A DNA stretch of 64,000 nucleotides from Candidatus Binatia bacterium (GTDB lineage: Bacteria > Desulfobacterota > Binatia > UBA9968): the NCBI GenBank assembly GCA_036506735.1, contig DASXRG010000136.1, positions 17,654 to 81,653 of the forward strand, in the 5' to 3' direction. Position numbers and translations under genes: made by a program. Positions 1 to 8,432 of this stretch are shown one piece after another. Under the pieces are notes generated by a model, which saw nothing but the letters and a program-made list of their open reading frames with translations, made no database searches and was not told where the DNA came from. Positions within the stretch are counted from its first letter, which is position 1. Every line of letters starts with the position of its first letter.

Positions 1-522
1 GGTGGGATTTAAAACTCTGCCGCTCTGCAGCATGTTGTCGAGCACGATCAGCCCGCCGCGCCGCGTGAGTTCGATGCAACGATCGTAATACGCGCCGTAG
101 GCGGGCTTGTCGGCGTCGATAAAACAGATATCGAAAGGACCGCTGAGAGTTTTCAACGTCTCCAGGGCCGGACCGAGTTTGATCTCGATCTTTTTTCCGT
201 GCGGGCTTTCCGCGAAGTAGCGCCGCGCGATCTCGGTCGTTTCGGGATTCACGTCGCAGGTGATAAGACGGCCTTCATCGGGGAGCGCCTCCGCCCACGC
301 CAGCGCGCTGTAGCCGGTGAACATGCCGATCTCTAGAATTCGCTTCGCACCGGTTATACGGACGAGCAATCTCAGAAATGCTCCTTCGAGCGGACCGACG
401 AGCATTTGTGGATGCGTTGTTTTCTGATGCGTCTCTTGCGCGAGGCGGGCGTGCAGCGGCGACAGTCCGCGCGTGTGCCGCTCGGCGTAATCCTCGATCT
501 CTTGAGCTACCGGTCGAATCAT
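1..522 (-). CDS. Class I SAM-dependent O-methyltransferase (caffeoyl-CoA OMT-like, PF01596-type); C-terminus runs off the window start
   Basis: Reverse-strand translation MIRPVAQEIEDYAERHT...ILEIGMFTGYSALAWAEALPDEGRLITCDVNPE...ICFIDADKPAYGAYYDRCIELTRRGGLIVLDNMLQSGRVLNP carries the OMT motifs. ATG at 522 is preceded by GGAGG. The ORF track missed it because it is edge-truncated. Confidence 0.75.
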   Translation of the reverse strand, partial: MIRPVAQEIEDYAERHTRGLSPLHARLAQETHQKTTHPQMLVGPLEGAFLRLLVRITGAKRILEIGMFTGYSALAWAEALPDEGRLITCDVNPETTEIARRYFAESPHGKKIEIKLGPALETLKTLSGPFDICFIDADKPAYGAYYDRCIELTRRGGLIVLDNMLQSGRVLNPT

Positions 523-598
523 CGCGCACCTCCTTGGCCAAAGCTTCTCCGGCTCAATATAACCGGGATGTCGCCCAATCGCTATGGGCGCGATGCCG

Positions 599-627
599 TT
601 GCGTCCTAGCAGAGAGTTTGGTAATGA
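599..627 (+). promoter_or_regulatory. Candidate sigma70-like promoter (TTGCGT-N17-TAATGA) in the divergent intergenic region upstream of the first SBP gene
   Basis: Hexamers read directly from the sequence; spacing is 17 nt. The -10 lies only ~7 nt upstream of the GTG at 634 (ATG at 643), so the mRNA would be leaderless or nearly so. Confidence 0.2.
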
Positions 628-633
628 GCGCAC

Positions 634-1737
634 GTGGCGGTGATGCTCTTTATCCTCCCATTTTTATTCTCCTTGAGCGCAACCCAAGCTCTGCTTGCCG
701 CTGAAACCGAGGCCTGGAAGACCGAGTGGTCGAGGACGGTCGACAGCGCCAAGAAGGAAGCCCAGCTCACGGCGTACGGCGGCGCGGAGATCAGCCACCC
801 GGATATCATCGCCGCGTTCAACAAAGAGTTCCCCGAGATCAAGGTCGCGGCGGTCACGGGACGGGCGCCGGACCTGACCGCGCGCATTCTGGCCGAGAGA
901 CGCGCCGAGAAATATTTGGCCGACATTATAGCGAGCGGGCCCAATGCTCCCCGCACGCTGTATCTCGCCAAGGCACTCGACCCGATTGCGACCGCGTTGA
1001 TCCTGCCGGAGGTCACGGACCAGACCAAATGGTACGGCGGCCGGCATTGGTACGCGGATCCGGAGAACAAGCATATCCTGCTCTTCGAAGGCTCCGTCTC
1101 GACGACGGGCGTTGCCGTCAATACCAAGCTGATGAGCCCGAACGAGATCGCATCTTACTGGGACCTCGTGCAGCCGAGATGGAAGGGAAAACTCCTGATG
1201 ATGGATCCGCGCGGCGCGGCGCTGCCCACGCCGGTGTTGATGCTCTACTATGACCCTGACGTGGGGCCGGAGTTTTTGCGCACGCTCCTCGGCAAAATGG
1301 ATATCACGCTCTTCCGCGACCGGAGCCAGGGAACTAACTGGCTCGGCACGGGAAAATTTCCCGTCTGCTTCTATTGCCGCGATCTCGATCTCGCGCAGAA
1401 GCAAGGACTCCCGATCGCCGAGGTGCCGCCGGCGCAGATGAAGGAAGGATCGACGATCGGCGGCGGCAGCAGCAGCGTGCTCGCGCTGATCAACCGCGCG
1501 CCTCACCCCAACGCGGCGCGCGTTTTCATCAACTGGTATCTATCGCGCCAGGGGCAGATGGTTTGGCAGAAGGTGATGAACGTTAAAGAGGTCGAGCCGT
1601 CGGACTCGATGCGGATCGATATTCCCAAGGATGATGTCCTGCCGGAAGCGCGGCGCGGCGAAGGGCGGAGGTATCGCGTCGTCGGCTTTCTCGATCCGGT
1701 TCCGCTGCAGCAGCTCCTGAAAGAAGTTCTGAAATAG
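634..1737 (+). CDS. Periplasmic ABC-transporter SBP, Fe3+/thiamine/spermidine-type (cluster D), paralog 1
   Basis: N-terminal hydrophobic signal-like segment. Motifs shared by all five paralogs: KEFPEIKV...LxxRIxAERRAxKYLADxxxGG and C-terminal APHPNAARVFINWYLSRQGQ. GTG start at 634, alternative ATG at 643. Confidence 0.8.
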   Translation: MAVMLFILPFLFSLSATQALLAAETEAWKTEWSRTVDSAKKEAQLTAYGGAEISHPDIIAAFNKEFPEIKVAAVTGRAPDLTARILAERRAEKYLADIIASGPNAPRTLYLAKALDPIATALILPEVTDQTKWYGGRHWYADPENKHILLFEGSVSTTGVAVNTKLMSPNEIASYWDLVQPRWKGKLLMMDPRGAALPTPVLMLYYDPDVGPEFLRTLLGKMDITLFRDRSQGTNWLGTGKFPVCFYCRDLDLAQKQGLPIAEVPPAQMKEGSTIGGGSSSVLALINRAPHPNAARVFINWYLSRQGQMVWQKVMNVKEVEPSDSMRIDIPKDDVLPEARRGEGRRYRVVGFLDPVPLQQLLKEVLK

Positions 1738-1747
1738 GAGGAATAAG

Positions 1748-2704
1748 ATGGCGCAGGGTGAAAATTACGATCCCGTCGAGATTCGCGGTTTCTTCCGCTC
1801 TCATACCCACCTGCCGATCTGGGAAATCATCGAGCAGGCCGGTATCTGGAAGCAGGTCGGCCTGAAAGTCAGCTTCGAGTTCTGCGACAGCTCCAATATA
1901 GCGGAAGCCGCGCTGTTCGACGGCAGCATCGATTTCGTCTCGGGAAATCATATTACTCCGTATGCGTTGGTCGCGCGCGGGAAGCCGATCGTGTGTCTGG
2001 CCTCCCCTTCCAACAGCGTGAACGACAAGCTGCTGTCCCGCGAGCCCGTAACTTCCGTTGCCGAGCTCCGCGGCAAGCGCATCGCCGATACAACCCTGCT
2101 CGACCCGGCGGGCGGCTACCACCACCTGCGCGGCAATCACATGCTCTACGTGATGCGCGGCGGCCTTGGCCTGGAAGACGTTCGCTGGGTCGAGCTCACC
2201 GACTCGATGGCGGTGTTTCGCACCGCGCAATTGGAGGCGCTCAAGTCCGGCACAGCGGATGCCACGTTCGTCACCGGCGGCACGGAGAAGTACACGCAGG
2301 CTGGATTCCACGTGCTCGATCTCGAGCCGCTGCCGATGATCACCGGCCCGACGCTCACGAGCACACTGGCGAACCTCAAACGGAAAGACCGGCTCGGCGA
2401 GCGGCTGGTCAAGGCCCTGGTCTTAGGTGTGCACTTCGCGCGCACGCGGCGCGAGGAGACCGAGCGCATTCTCGAAGGATTGAAGCGGAGAGAGCCACAG
2501 GCCGGCCGGGTGAGCTACAACAGCGTGGCGAAGCTGCAGCCGAAGCCCTACCCCGATCTCGGCGGCGTGGCCAATGCCTATACGCTTTGCTGTCTCAAGG
2601 ATCCGGCGGCGAAGGAGTTGAGCCCGGCCGCGCTTTGGGACGTCCATCATCTGCGCGAGCTGGATGATTCGGGGTTCATCGATCGGCTTTACAAACAGGC
2701 GTGA
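1748..2704 (+). CDS. NMT1/THI5-like (SsuA-fold) protein without signal peptide, cytoplasmic, paralog 1
   Basis: 318 aa, starts MAQGENYDPVEIRGFFRSHTHLP with no hydrophobic leader. SsuA/NMT1-like core (GKPIVCLASPSNSVNDKL, LRGKRIADTT). Conserved His cluster (SHTH, GNH, HHLRGNH) and LCC dyad. Start is 10 nt after the upstream SBP stop. Confidence 0.8.
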   Translation: MAQGENYDPVEIRGFFRSHTHLPIWEIIEQAGIWKQVGLKVSFEFCDSSNIAEAALFDGSIDFVSGNHITPYALVARGKPIVCLASPSNSVNDKLLSREPVTSVAELRGKRIADTTLLDPAGGYHHLRGNHMLYVMRGGLGLEDVRWVELTDSMAVFRTAQLEALKSGTADATFVTGGTEKYTQAGFHVLDLEPLPMITGPTLTSTLANLKRKDRLGERLVKALVLGVHFARTRREETERILEGLKRREPQAGRVSYNSVAKLQPKPYPDLGGVANAYTLCCLKDPAAKELSPAALWDVHHLRELDDSGFIDRLYKQA

Positions 2705-2742
2705 GGCTTGAGGCGCGAGGCGTGAGCGAAAGAGGGAACCTT

Positions 2743-3864
2743 ATGAAGCATAGGATGGCGCTGGCGATAACCATCGTCTTTGCTCTGTCGTTGTCGGGAG
2801 CCGAGGCGGCGGAGATGAAGCCCGACGCGAAGGCTGCGTGGGAGAAAACTCTCGCGGGCGCTAAAAAGGAGGGCGAGGTGAGAATCTGGGGCGACATGGA
2901 GATCACCCACCAAGATATCGTCGCCGCCTTCACGAAAGAAATTCCCTTCATCAAAGCGGTGTCGGTGAGCGGCAAGGTCGGCGACTTGATGCCGCGCATT
3001 ATCGCCGAGCGCCGCGGCGGCAAATATTTGGCCGACGTTTACAGCGGCGGCCTCGGCGGCCGCGCCTTTTACGATTTTCAGCGCGCCGGGGTGCTCGATC
3101 CGCTGAAGCCGCAGCTCGTGCTTCCCGACGTCGTCGACGAATCGAAATGGCTGAACGGCAAACATTACTACGCCGACGCGGAGGGGCAGTACGTTTTCAT
3201 GTACGAAGGCAGCGTCGCCGGCGTCGGACTTTATTACAACAGCAAGCTGTTCGACCCGAAGGAGTTTCACTCCTACTGGGATCTGCTCAATCCGAAGTGG
3301 AAGGGAAAAATCGTTTTGTTCGAACGGCCGGGGACCGGCTCGCCGAACATGGTGCGTTATTACTATAACCCGCAGCTCGGGCCGGAGTTCGTGCGGCGGC
3401 TCTGGAGCGAAATGGACCTCGTCGTTTCTCAAGAGCGGCGCCAGGCGACCGATTGGCTCGGCACGGGAAAATTCGTTCTGTGTCTCGATTGCGCCGACAC
3501 CGACGCGGCGCGCAAGCAAGGCGTCCCGGTCGGCGAGTTCGATCACGCCAATTTGAAGGAAGCCGGCAGCGATATCGGCACGAGCGGCAACAGCGGTCTC
3601 GCGCTGATCAACAAAGCACCGAACCCGAACGCGGCGCGCGTTTTGATCAACTGGTTTCTCTCGCGCCAGGGACAAACCGTTTTTCAGGACGTCATGAACA
3701 ACAAAGTCGTCGAGCCTTCGGACTCGATGCGGATAGATATTCCTAAAAACAACGTTCTCCCTCCCTCTCGGCGCGAAGAAGGGAAAAAATACGTCGTCAC
3801 CGGGTTTCAGGACCCCGACCCGGTGGCGAAGCTGATCAACGAAATCCGGTCTAAAAATAAGTAA
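2743..3864 (+). CDS. Periplasmic ABC-transporter SBP, Fe3+/thiamine-type, paralog 2
   Basis: MKHRMALAITIVFALSLSGAEAAE signal peptide; AGAGGG RBS before ATG 2743. Full-length similarity to SBP1 (KEIPFIKAVSVSGKVGDLMPRIIAERRGGKYLADVYSGG; APNPNAARVLINWFLSRQGQ). Confidence 0.8.
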   Translation: MKHRMALAITIVFALSLSGAEAAEMKPDAKAAWEKTLAGAKKEGEVRIWGDMEITHQDIVAAFTKEIPFIKAVSVSGKVGDLMPRIIAERRGGKYLADVYSGGLGGRAFYDFQRAGVLDPLKPQLVLPDVVDESKWLNGKHYYADAEGQYVFMYEGSVAGVGLYYNSKLFDPKEFHSYWDLLNPKWKGKIVLFERPGTGSPNMVRYYYNPQLGPEFVRRLWSEMDLVVSQERRQATDWLGTGKFVLCLDCADTDAARKQGVPVGEFDHANLKEAGSDIGTSGNSGLALINKAPNPNAARVLINWFLSRQGQTVFQDVMNNKVVEPSDSMRIDIPKNNVLPPSRREEGKKYVVTGFQDPDPVAKLINEIRSKNK

Positions 3865-3874
3865 AGGAGATTTC

Positions 3875-4819
3875 ATGTCGGACTACCAGCCGATCGAGAT
3901 CAAGGGCTTCTACAGATCACATACTCATCTACCGGTTTGGGAAGTAATCGAAAAGGCGGGGATCTGGAAACAACTGGAAATCAAAGCGAGCTTCGAGTAT
4001 TGCGATAGCTCGAGCGTGGCCGAAGCGGCGTTGTTTGACGGCGACGTCGATTTCGTCTCGGGAAATCACATCAGCCCGTATGGCCTGGTGGCCGAAGGCA
4101 AGCCGATCGTGTCGCTCGCCTCGCCGTCGAACAGCGTCAACGACAAGCTCATTGCGCGCGCGCCGATAAAATCCGTCGGCGAGCTGAGAGGAAAACGGCT
4201 GGCCGACACGACCGTGACGGACAAAGGCGGGGGCTACAACCATATCCGCGGCAACCACATGCTCTACGTGCTGAAGGCTGGGTTAAAATTGGATGAGGTC
4301 AAATGGGTGGAGATCGCGGACATCATGTCGGAAAGTTTTCGCGCAGCACAGCTCGAAGCGGTGCGGGAAGGCAAAGCGGACGCCGCGATGGTCACGGGCG
4401 GCGCGGAGAAGTTTCAGCAGGATGGGTTTCACGTTCTGGAACTGGGCCGGATGCCGATGGTCAACGGCCCGACGCTCACGTCCACTCTGACGAATCTCAA
4501 ACGCAAGGACCGCCTCGCCGAACGGCTGGTGAAGGGCCTCGTTCTCGGCATCCATTGGGCGCGGTCGAATCCGGATGAGACCGAGCGCGTCCTCGGCGCA
4601 TTGCGCCAATGTACGCCCGAGTCCAATGCGACTTACAACAGCGTCGCGAAGCTTCTGCCCAAGCCCTACCCCGACCATCAGGCGATTGCCAACGCTTACG
4701 AGCTGTGCTGCATGAAAGATCCCAAGGCAAAGGAGTTGAGCCCGGTCGCGCTCTGGGACCTGCACTATTTGCGCGAGCTGGACGATTCCGGCTTCATCGA
4801 CCGGCTGTATGGCGCGTAA
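3875..4819 (+). CDS. NMT1/THI5-like protein without signal peptide, paralog 2
   Basis: 314 aa, alignable end-to-end with 1748-2704 (MSDYQPIEIKGFYRSHTHLPVWEVIEKAGIWKQ...YELCCMKDPKAKELSP...LRELDDSGFIDRLY). AGGAG RBS. Starts 10 nt after the SBP2 stop. Confidence 0.8.
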   Translation: MSDYQPIEIKGFYRSHTHLPVWEVIEKAGIWKQLEIKASFEYCDSSSVAEAALFDGDVDFVSGNHISPYGLVAEGKPIVSLASPSNSVNDKLIARAPIKSVGELRGKRLADTTVTDKGGGYNHIRGNHMLYVLKAGLKLDEVKWVEIADIMSESFRAAQLEAVREGKADAAMVTGGAEKFQQDGFHVLELGRMPMVNGPTLTSTLTNLKRKDRLAERLVKGLVLGIHWARSNPDETERVLGALRQCTPESNATYNSVAKLLPKPYPDHQAIANAYELCCMKDPKAKELSPVALWDLHYLRELDDSGFIDRLYGA

Positions 4820-4867
4820 AATTGGCGTCCTCGTAAAGACGTTTAGCTGATAGAGAGGAGAACGAAG

Positions 4868-5554
4868 ATGGAAGAAAAAGTGATCACGATGGCCGACAAG
4901 GTTCAGATATTCGATGTCGATGAGGCGCTGAAAAAAGGCGATCAATTGGTCGGCCGCACCGATATGGCTAGGTCGCCGAACAGTTTTGTCGCAGTTTTCC
5001 GGACGCGGCCGCGCGGCGGCGAAACCCACATTCACCAGCATCCCGACTCCGATCAGATCCTCTTCGTTCTAAGGAGCGAATTGACCGTCGAAGGACTGTC
5101 GGAAAAATATGTGTTGAAACCGAATCAAGGCGTCCTGATACCGGCCGGCGTTCATTACGGCTTCACCAACACGACCGATAAGGATTTGATCTTTTTGTCG
5201 ATGCGCACGGAGTCGAGCGGAGGCCGCAGGGTCGCGTACGTGAAAAATGTCCCTTCGAATGTTCACCTCAAGATTCCGGCCGACGCGCTCGCGGCTCGGG
5301 GAATCGGCCACCATATTTACGTGTACGCCATGGACCGCGATACGTTCGGCTTGTCGCCTCTCCTGTTCGAGGATTGGAATAAGGGCTCTCTTTTACGCAT
5401 GAACTGCGAATACGAGATGGATGACGGTCACGTTGTCGCCAAGCTGCCTGAGCGGCTGGTCCAGTGGTACAAGATCGACAGGCTGTCGGACTCGAATTAC
5501 AAATTTATCACGGAGCCGGAAAAGACGCGGGTTCGCGTGGAGCTAAAACGCTGA
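4868..5554 (+). CDS. Cupin-domain protein
   Basis: HIHQHPDSDQILFVLRSELTVEGLSEKYVLKPNQGVLIPAGVHYGF is a classic cupin_2 two-His/Glu motif region. GAGAGGAG RBS. Confidence 0.7.
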   Translation: MEEKVITMADKVQIFDVDEALKKGDQLVGRTDMARSPNSFVAVFRTRPRGGETHIHQHPDSDQILFVLRSELTVEGLSEKYVLKPNQGVLIPAGVHYGFTNTTDKDLIFLSMRTESSGGRRVAYVKNVPSNVHLKIPADALAARGIGHHIYVYAMDRDTFGLSPLLFEDWNKGSLLRMNCEYEMDDGHVVAKLPERLVQWYKIDRLSDSNYKFITEPEKTRVRVELKR

Positions 5555-5559
5555 GGAAA

Positions 5560-5625
5560 AACGTAAGGCGTGAAAGGTAAGGCGTGAAGCGTCCGCCTCA
5601 CCCCTTACCCCTTACCCCTTACGGA
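5560..5625. repeat. GC-rich imperfect inverted-repeat / stem-loop element (GTAAGG x2 ... CCCCTTA x3) between the cupin gene and SBP3
   Basis: Left arm ggtaaggcgtgaagcg pairs with right arm cgcctcaccccttacc (14/16). Flanking direct repeats gtaaggcgtgaa x2 and cccctta x3. No U-tract follows, so this is a possible transcription attenuator or REP-like element. Confidence 0.35.
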
Positions 5626-5645
5626 TACGGGGTGGAGCCAGAAAG

Positions 5646-6692
5646 ATGAAAAGTCGTCGATTCTTTCAGGTAACGATCACGTGCTTGCTCCTTCTTCCCG
5701 CCCTCGTCTTCGCCCAGGGGCTGGACAGGATTGTCGAAGGAGCCAAGAAAGAAGGGAAAGCAAAGATCGGGCTCACGGTTCGATGGCAGGAAGGGGGCAA
5801 GCCCGGCGCAAAGAAGATTGTCGAGCTCTTTCAGTCGCGCTATCCTTTCGTCAAGATCGAATATGAGCGCGTCGGCGGGTCGCGCGAGCGGGAGCGGGTT
5901 CTTTCCGAGCTGGCGGCGGGACAGGTCTCTTACGACGTGACGGTTTTGAGCGAGACGCAGGTGCCGATCGCACTCAAAGCGAACGTCATCGAGAAGATCG
6001 ACTGGCGCGCTCTCGGCGTCGTGCCGCAGCACGTCCATGATAACGACGTCGGCATCAACTATCGCTCTCAGCTTTACGGCATCGCTTACAATCGCAAGCT
6101 CGTTCCCGATTCCGTCGGCGCGAAGCTCAACTGGGACGACTGCGCCTCGGCTCAGTATCGCGGCAAGATCGCGATCGACAGCCGGCCGCGTCACCTGGAG
6201 ATATTTTGGCAGCCGCAGGTGTGGGGACGCGAGAGAACTCTAGCGCACGCGCGGCGCCTGGCTGACAACGCCACAAAATTCGAGCAGGACCGTACCGCGG
6301 CGATAACCAAGCTCGCGCTCGGCGAGTACGCCATCGTTTGCGGCTCCTTTTATTCGACCTATTATGAAGCGGTCCGTTCGGGCGAGAATAGCCAACTCGC
6401 TTTCCGTGTCGCTGAGCCCGTTCCCATGAGCCTCGGCGACGTGGTTTTCGTGCCGCGCGGCGTGCCGCACCCGAACGCGGCCCGACTCTGGGTGGCCTGG
6501 TCTATTTCGGAAGAGGGACAGAAGGTTCTCGACGAGGTGGAGGGAAGCGGCAGCCCCCTCTTCCCAACCACCCAGGCGGCCAGGATGATCAAAGGGAAAA
6601 AGGTCGCATGGTATGAGCCGCAATGGAGAGCCAAGGCGGATGAGATTTTGAAAGAAGTTCTCGAAGCCGTGGGTCTCCCCGTCGTGCGGTGA
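5646..6692 (+). CDS. Periplasmic ABC-transporter SBP, Fe3+/thiamine-type, paralog 3
   Basis: Signal peptide MKSRRFFQVTITCLLLLPALVFAQG. VPHPNAARLWVAWSISEEGQ motif. GGAG RBS. Stop overlaps the permease start (ATGA). Confidence 0.8.
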   Translation: MKSRRFFQVTITCLLLLPALVFAQGLDRIVEGAKKEGKAKIGLTVRWQEGGKPGAKKIVELFQSRYPFVKIEYERVGGSRERERVLSELAAGQVSYDVTVLSETQVPIALKANVIEKIDWRALGVVPQHVHDNDVGINYRSQLYGIAYNRKLVPDSVGAKLNWDDCASAQYRGKIAIDSRPRHLEIFWQPQVWGRERTLAHARRLADNATKFEQDRTAAITKLALGEYAIVCGSFYSTYYEAVRSGENSQLAFRVAEPVPMSLGDVVFVPRGVPHPNAARLWVAWSISEEGQKVLDEVEGSGSPLFPTTQAARMIKGKKVAWYEPQWRAKADEILKEVLEAVGLPVVR

Positions 6693-8419
6693 GCATGCGG
6701 CTAAGACTTCCGAGCGCCACGACGCTCTTCTTGGCTTGCGTCGTCCTGATTCTGCTCTGGCTCATCGTCATCCCTCTCGGACAGATGGTTCTGAACAGTT
6801 TCCGCACGGGCCATCCCGCCGCGCCCGGTCCGTTCACTTTGAAAAACTACCTGGTCGCTTACACCAGCCCGTTAACCTACCGAATGATTTTCAACACGCT
6901 CGTGTTTGCCGTCGGCGGCACGGCGATCACGACCGTCATCGCGATCTTTTTCGCCTGGCTCCTGGAACGAACCGACATGCCGCTGCAAAATCTTTGCTGG
7001 AGTCTTTTGCTGATCCCGCTGGCCATGCCCGGGCTGCTCTTTTCCATGGCGTACGTTTTTCTGCTTTTGCCCAAGAGCGGTCTATTGAACGTCTTTCTGC
7101 GCGATGCGTTGTCCCACCTCGGCGTCGAGCTTTCCGAGGGGCCGATCAATATCTACTCTCTCGGCGGCATGATCTTTCTTGACGGACTGCGCGGCGTCAC
7201 GACGGTATTTCTCATGATCGTCGGCGCGTTTCGCATCATGGATCCGGCGATGGAGGAAGCCTCCTTCGCCGCGGGCGCAAAGAATTGGATGACGTTAAAG
7301 AAAGTGACCCTGCCGGTTTTGCGCCCTGCTCTTCTGGCGGCGGTGCTCTATGAGTTTGCCTCTTCCATGGAGTCTTTCGAAGCTCCCTTGGTGCTCGGTC
7401 TTCCCGGCCGAGTCTACGTTTACAGCACGATGATTTACATCTCCACGCGCGACGCCATCCCTAACTATGGTTTGGGGGCGGCGTTTGCGGCGAGCTACTT
7501 TGTCCTCTCGCTCGGACTCGTTTACCTTTATCAACGGGCCACGGTCCGGCAGTCGGAGCGCTTCGCCACCGTCACCGGCAGGGGATACCGGCCGCACAGG
7601 ATAAGGCTCGGCCGCTGGCGCTATCCGGCGCTCGCGCTTTTCATTTTGTATTTTCTGTTCGCCGTCGCGCTTCCTCTTGGAGTGCTGGTCTGGACTTCGC
7701 TGCTCCCCTCTTACCAGCCGCCGTCGCGCGCGGCTCTGACGCGGCTTCACTGGGGAAATTACCAAATGATCTTCGCCGACCCCGCCATCCTCAGGGCGAT
7801 CTGGAACACTTTGATCATGACCTTCGGCGCCGCCACGGCGACCGTCGCTCTTGCTTTCGGCGTCTCGTGGCTGGTCGTTCGGGCCCGCGTTAGAGGCTCC
7901 ATGGCTCTGGACGGACTCACCTTCGCGTCGCACGCCATTCCCGGCGTGGTGATCGCGCTTTCGTTTATATTCTTATACCTGCAGCCGCCGATGCGCTCGC
8001 TGGGCCTTTACGGAACCGTGTGGGTCGTCGTCCTGGCGCTCGTAACGCAATACGTTTCGTTCGCCTCCAGAGCCACCAACGCGGCGGTCATGCAGGTTCA
8101 CACGGAGCTCGAGGAGGCGGGCGAAGTGAGTGGAGCAAGCCGGCTGCGCATCCTCTGGCAGATCACTTTCCCCTTGATCCGCCCCGCTTTTATCGCCGCA
8201 TGGATCTGGGTTGCGGCTCACGCGGTCCGCGCCTTTTCGGTCCCGCTGATGCTCGCGGGCCGCGACAGCCGCCCGCTCGCAGTCATGCTCTGGCATCTGT
8301 GGGATGAAGAGCAAAATCTGCCGGCCGCCGCCGCGCTGGGAGTCCTGTTGATTCTGGCCTTGACGCTTCTGACCTTTTCCGGCAGGGCGATCGTCACCCG
8401 GGGCTTCGCATCCTCGTAA
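6689..8419 (+). CDS. Fused two-domain ABC-transporter permease (FbpB/ThiP-like, ~12 TM)
   Basis: 576 aa with two repeated permease halves, many hydrophobic helices and EAA-like loops (e.g. ...GAKNWMTLKKVTLPVLRPALLAAV..., ...ASRLRILWQITFPLIRPAFIAA...). Translationally coupled to SBP3. Confidence 0.85.
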   Translation: MSMRLRLPSATTLFLACVVLILLWLIVIPLGQMVLNSFRTGHPAAPGPFTLKNYLVAYTSPLTYRMIFNTLVFAVGGTAITTVIAIFFAWLLERTDMPLQNLCWSLLLIPLAMPGLLFSMAYVFLLLPKSGLLNVFLRDALSHLGVELSEGPINIYSLGGMIFLDGLRGVTTVFLMIVGAFRIMDPAMEEASFAAGAKNWMTLKKVTLPVLRPALLAAVLYEFASSMESFEAPLVLGLPGRVYVYSTMIYISTRDAIPNYGLGAAFAASYFVLSLGLVYLYQRATVRQSERFATVTGRGYRPHRIRLGRWRYPALALFILYFLFAVALPLGVLVWTSLLPSYQPPSRAALTRLHWGNYQMIFADPAILRAIWNTLIMTFGAATATVALAFGVSWLVVRARVRGSMALDGLTFASHAIPGVVIALSFIFLYLQPPMRSLGLYGTVWVVVLALVTQYVSFASRATNAAVMQVHTELEEAGEVSGASRLRILWQITFPLIRPAFIAAWIWVAAHAVRAFSVPLMLAGRDSRPLAVMLWHLWDEEQNLPAAAALGVLLILALTLLTFSGRAIVTRGFASS

Positions 8420-8432
8420 AGGGGCTTAGGGC

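Noticed and set aside
5555-5645. TPP (THI-box) riboswitch upstream of the ThiB-like SBP3 gene
   Set aside because: The conserved THI-box core (CUGAGA ... ACCUGAUCUGGAUAAUGCCAGCG) is absent. The region instead holds a simple GC-rich inverted repeat.
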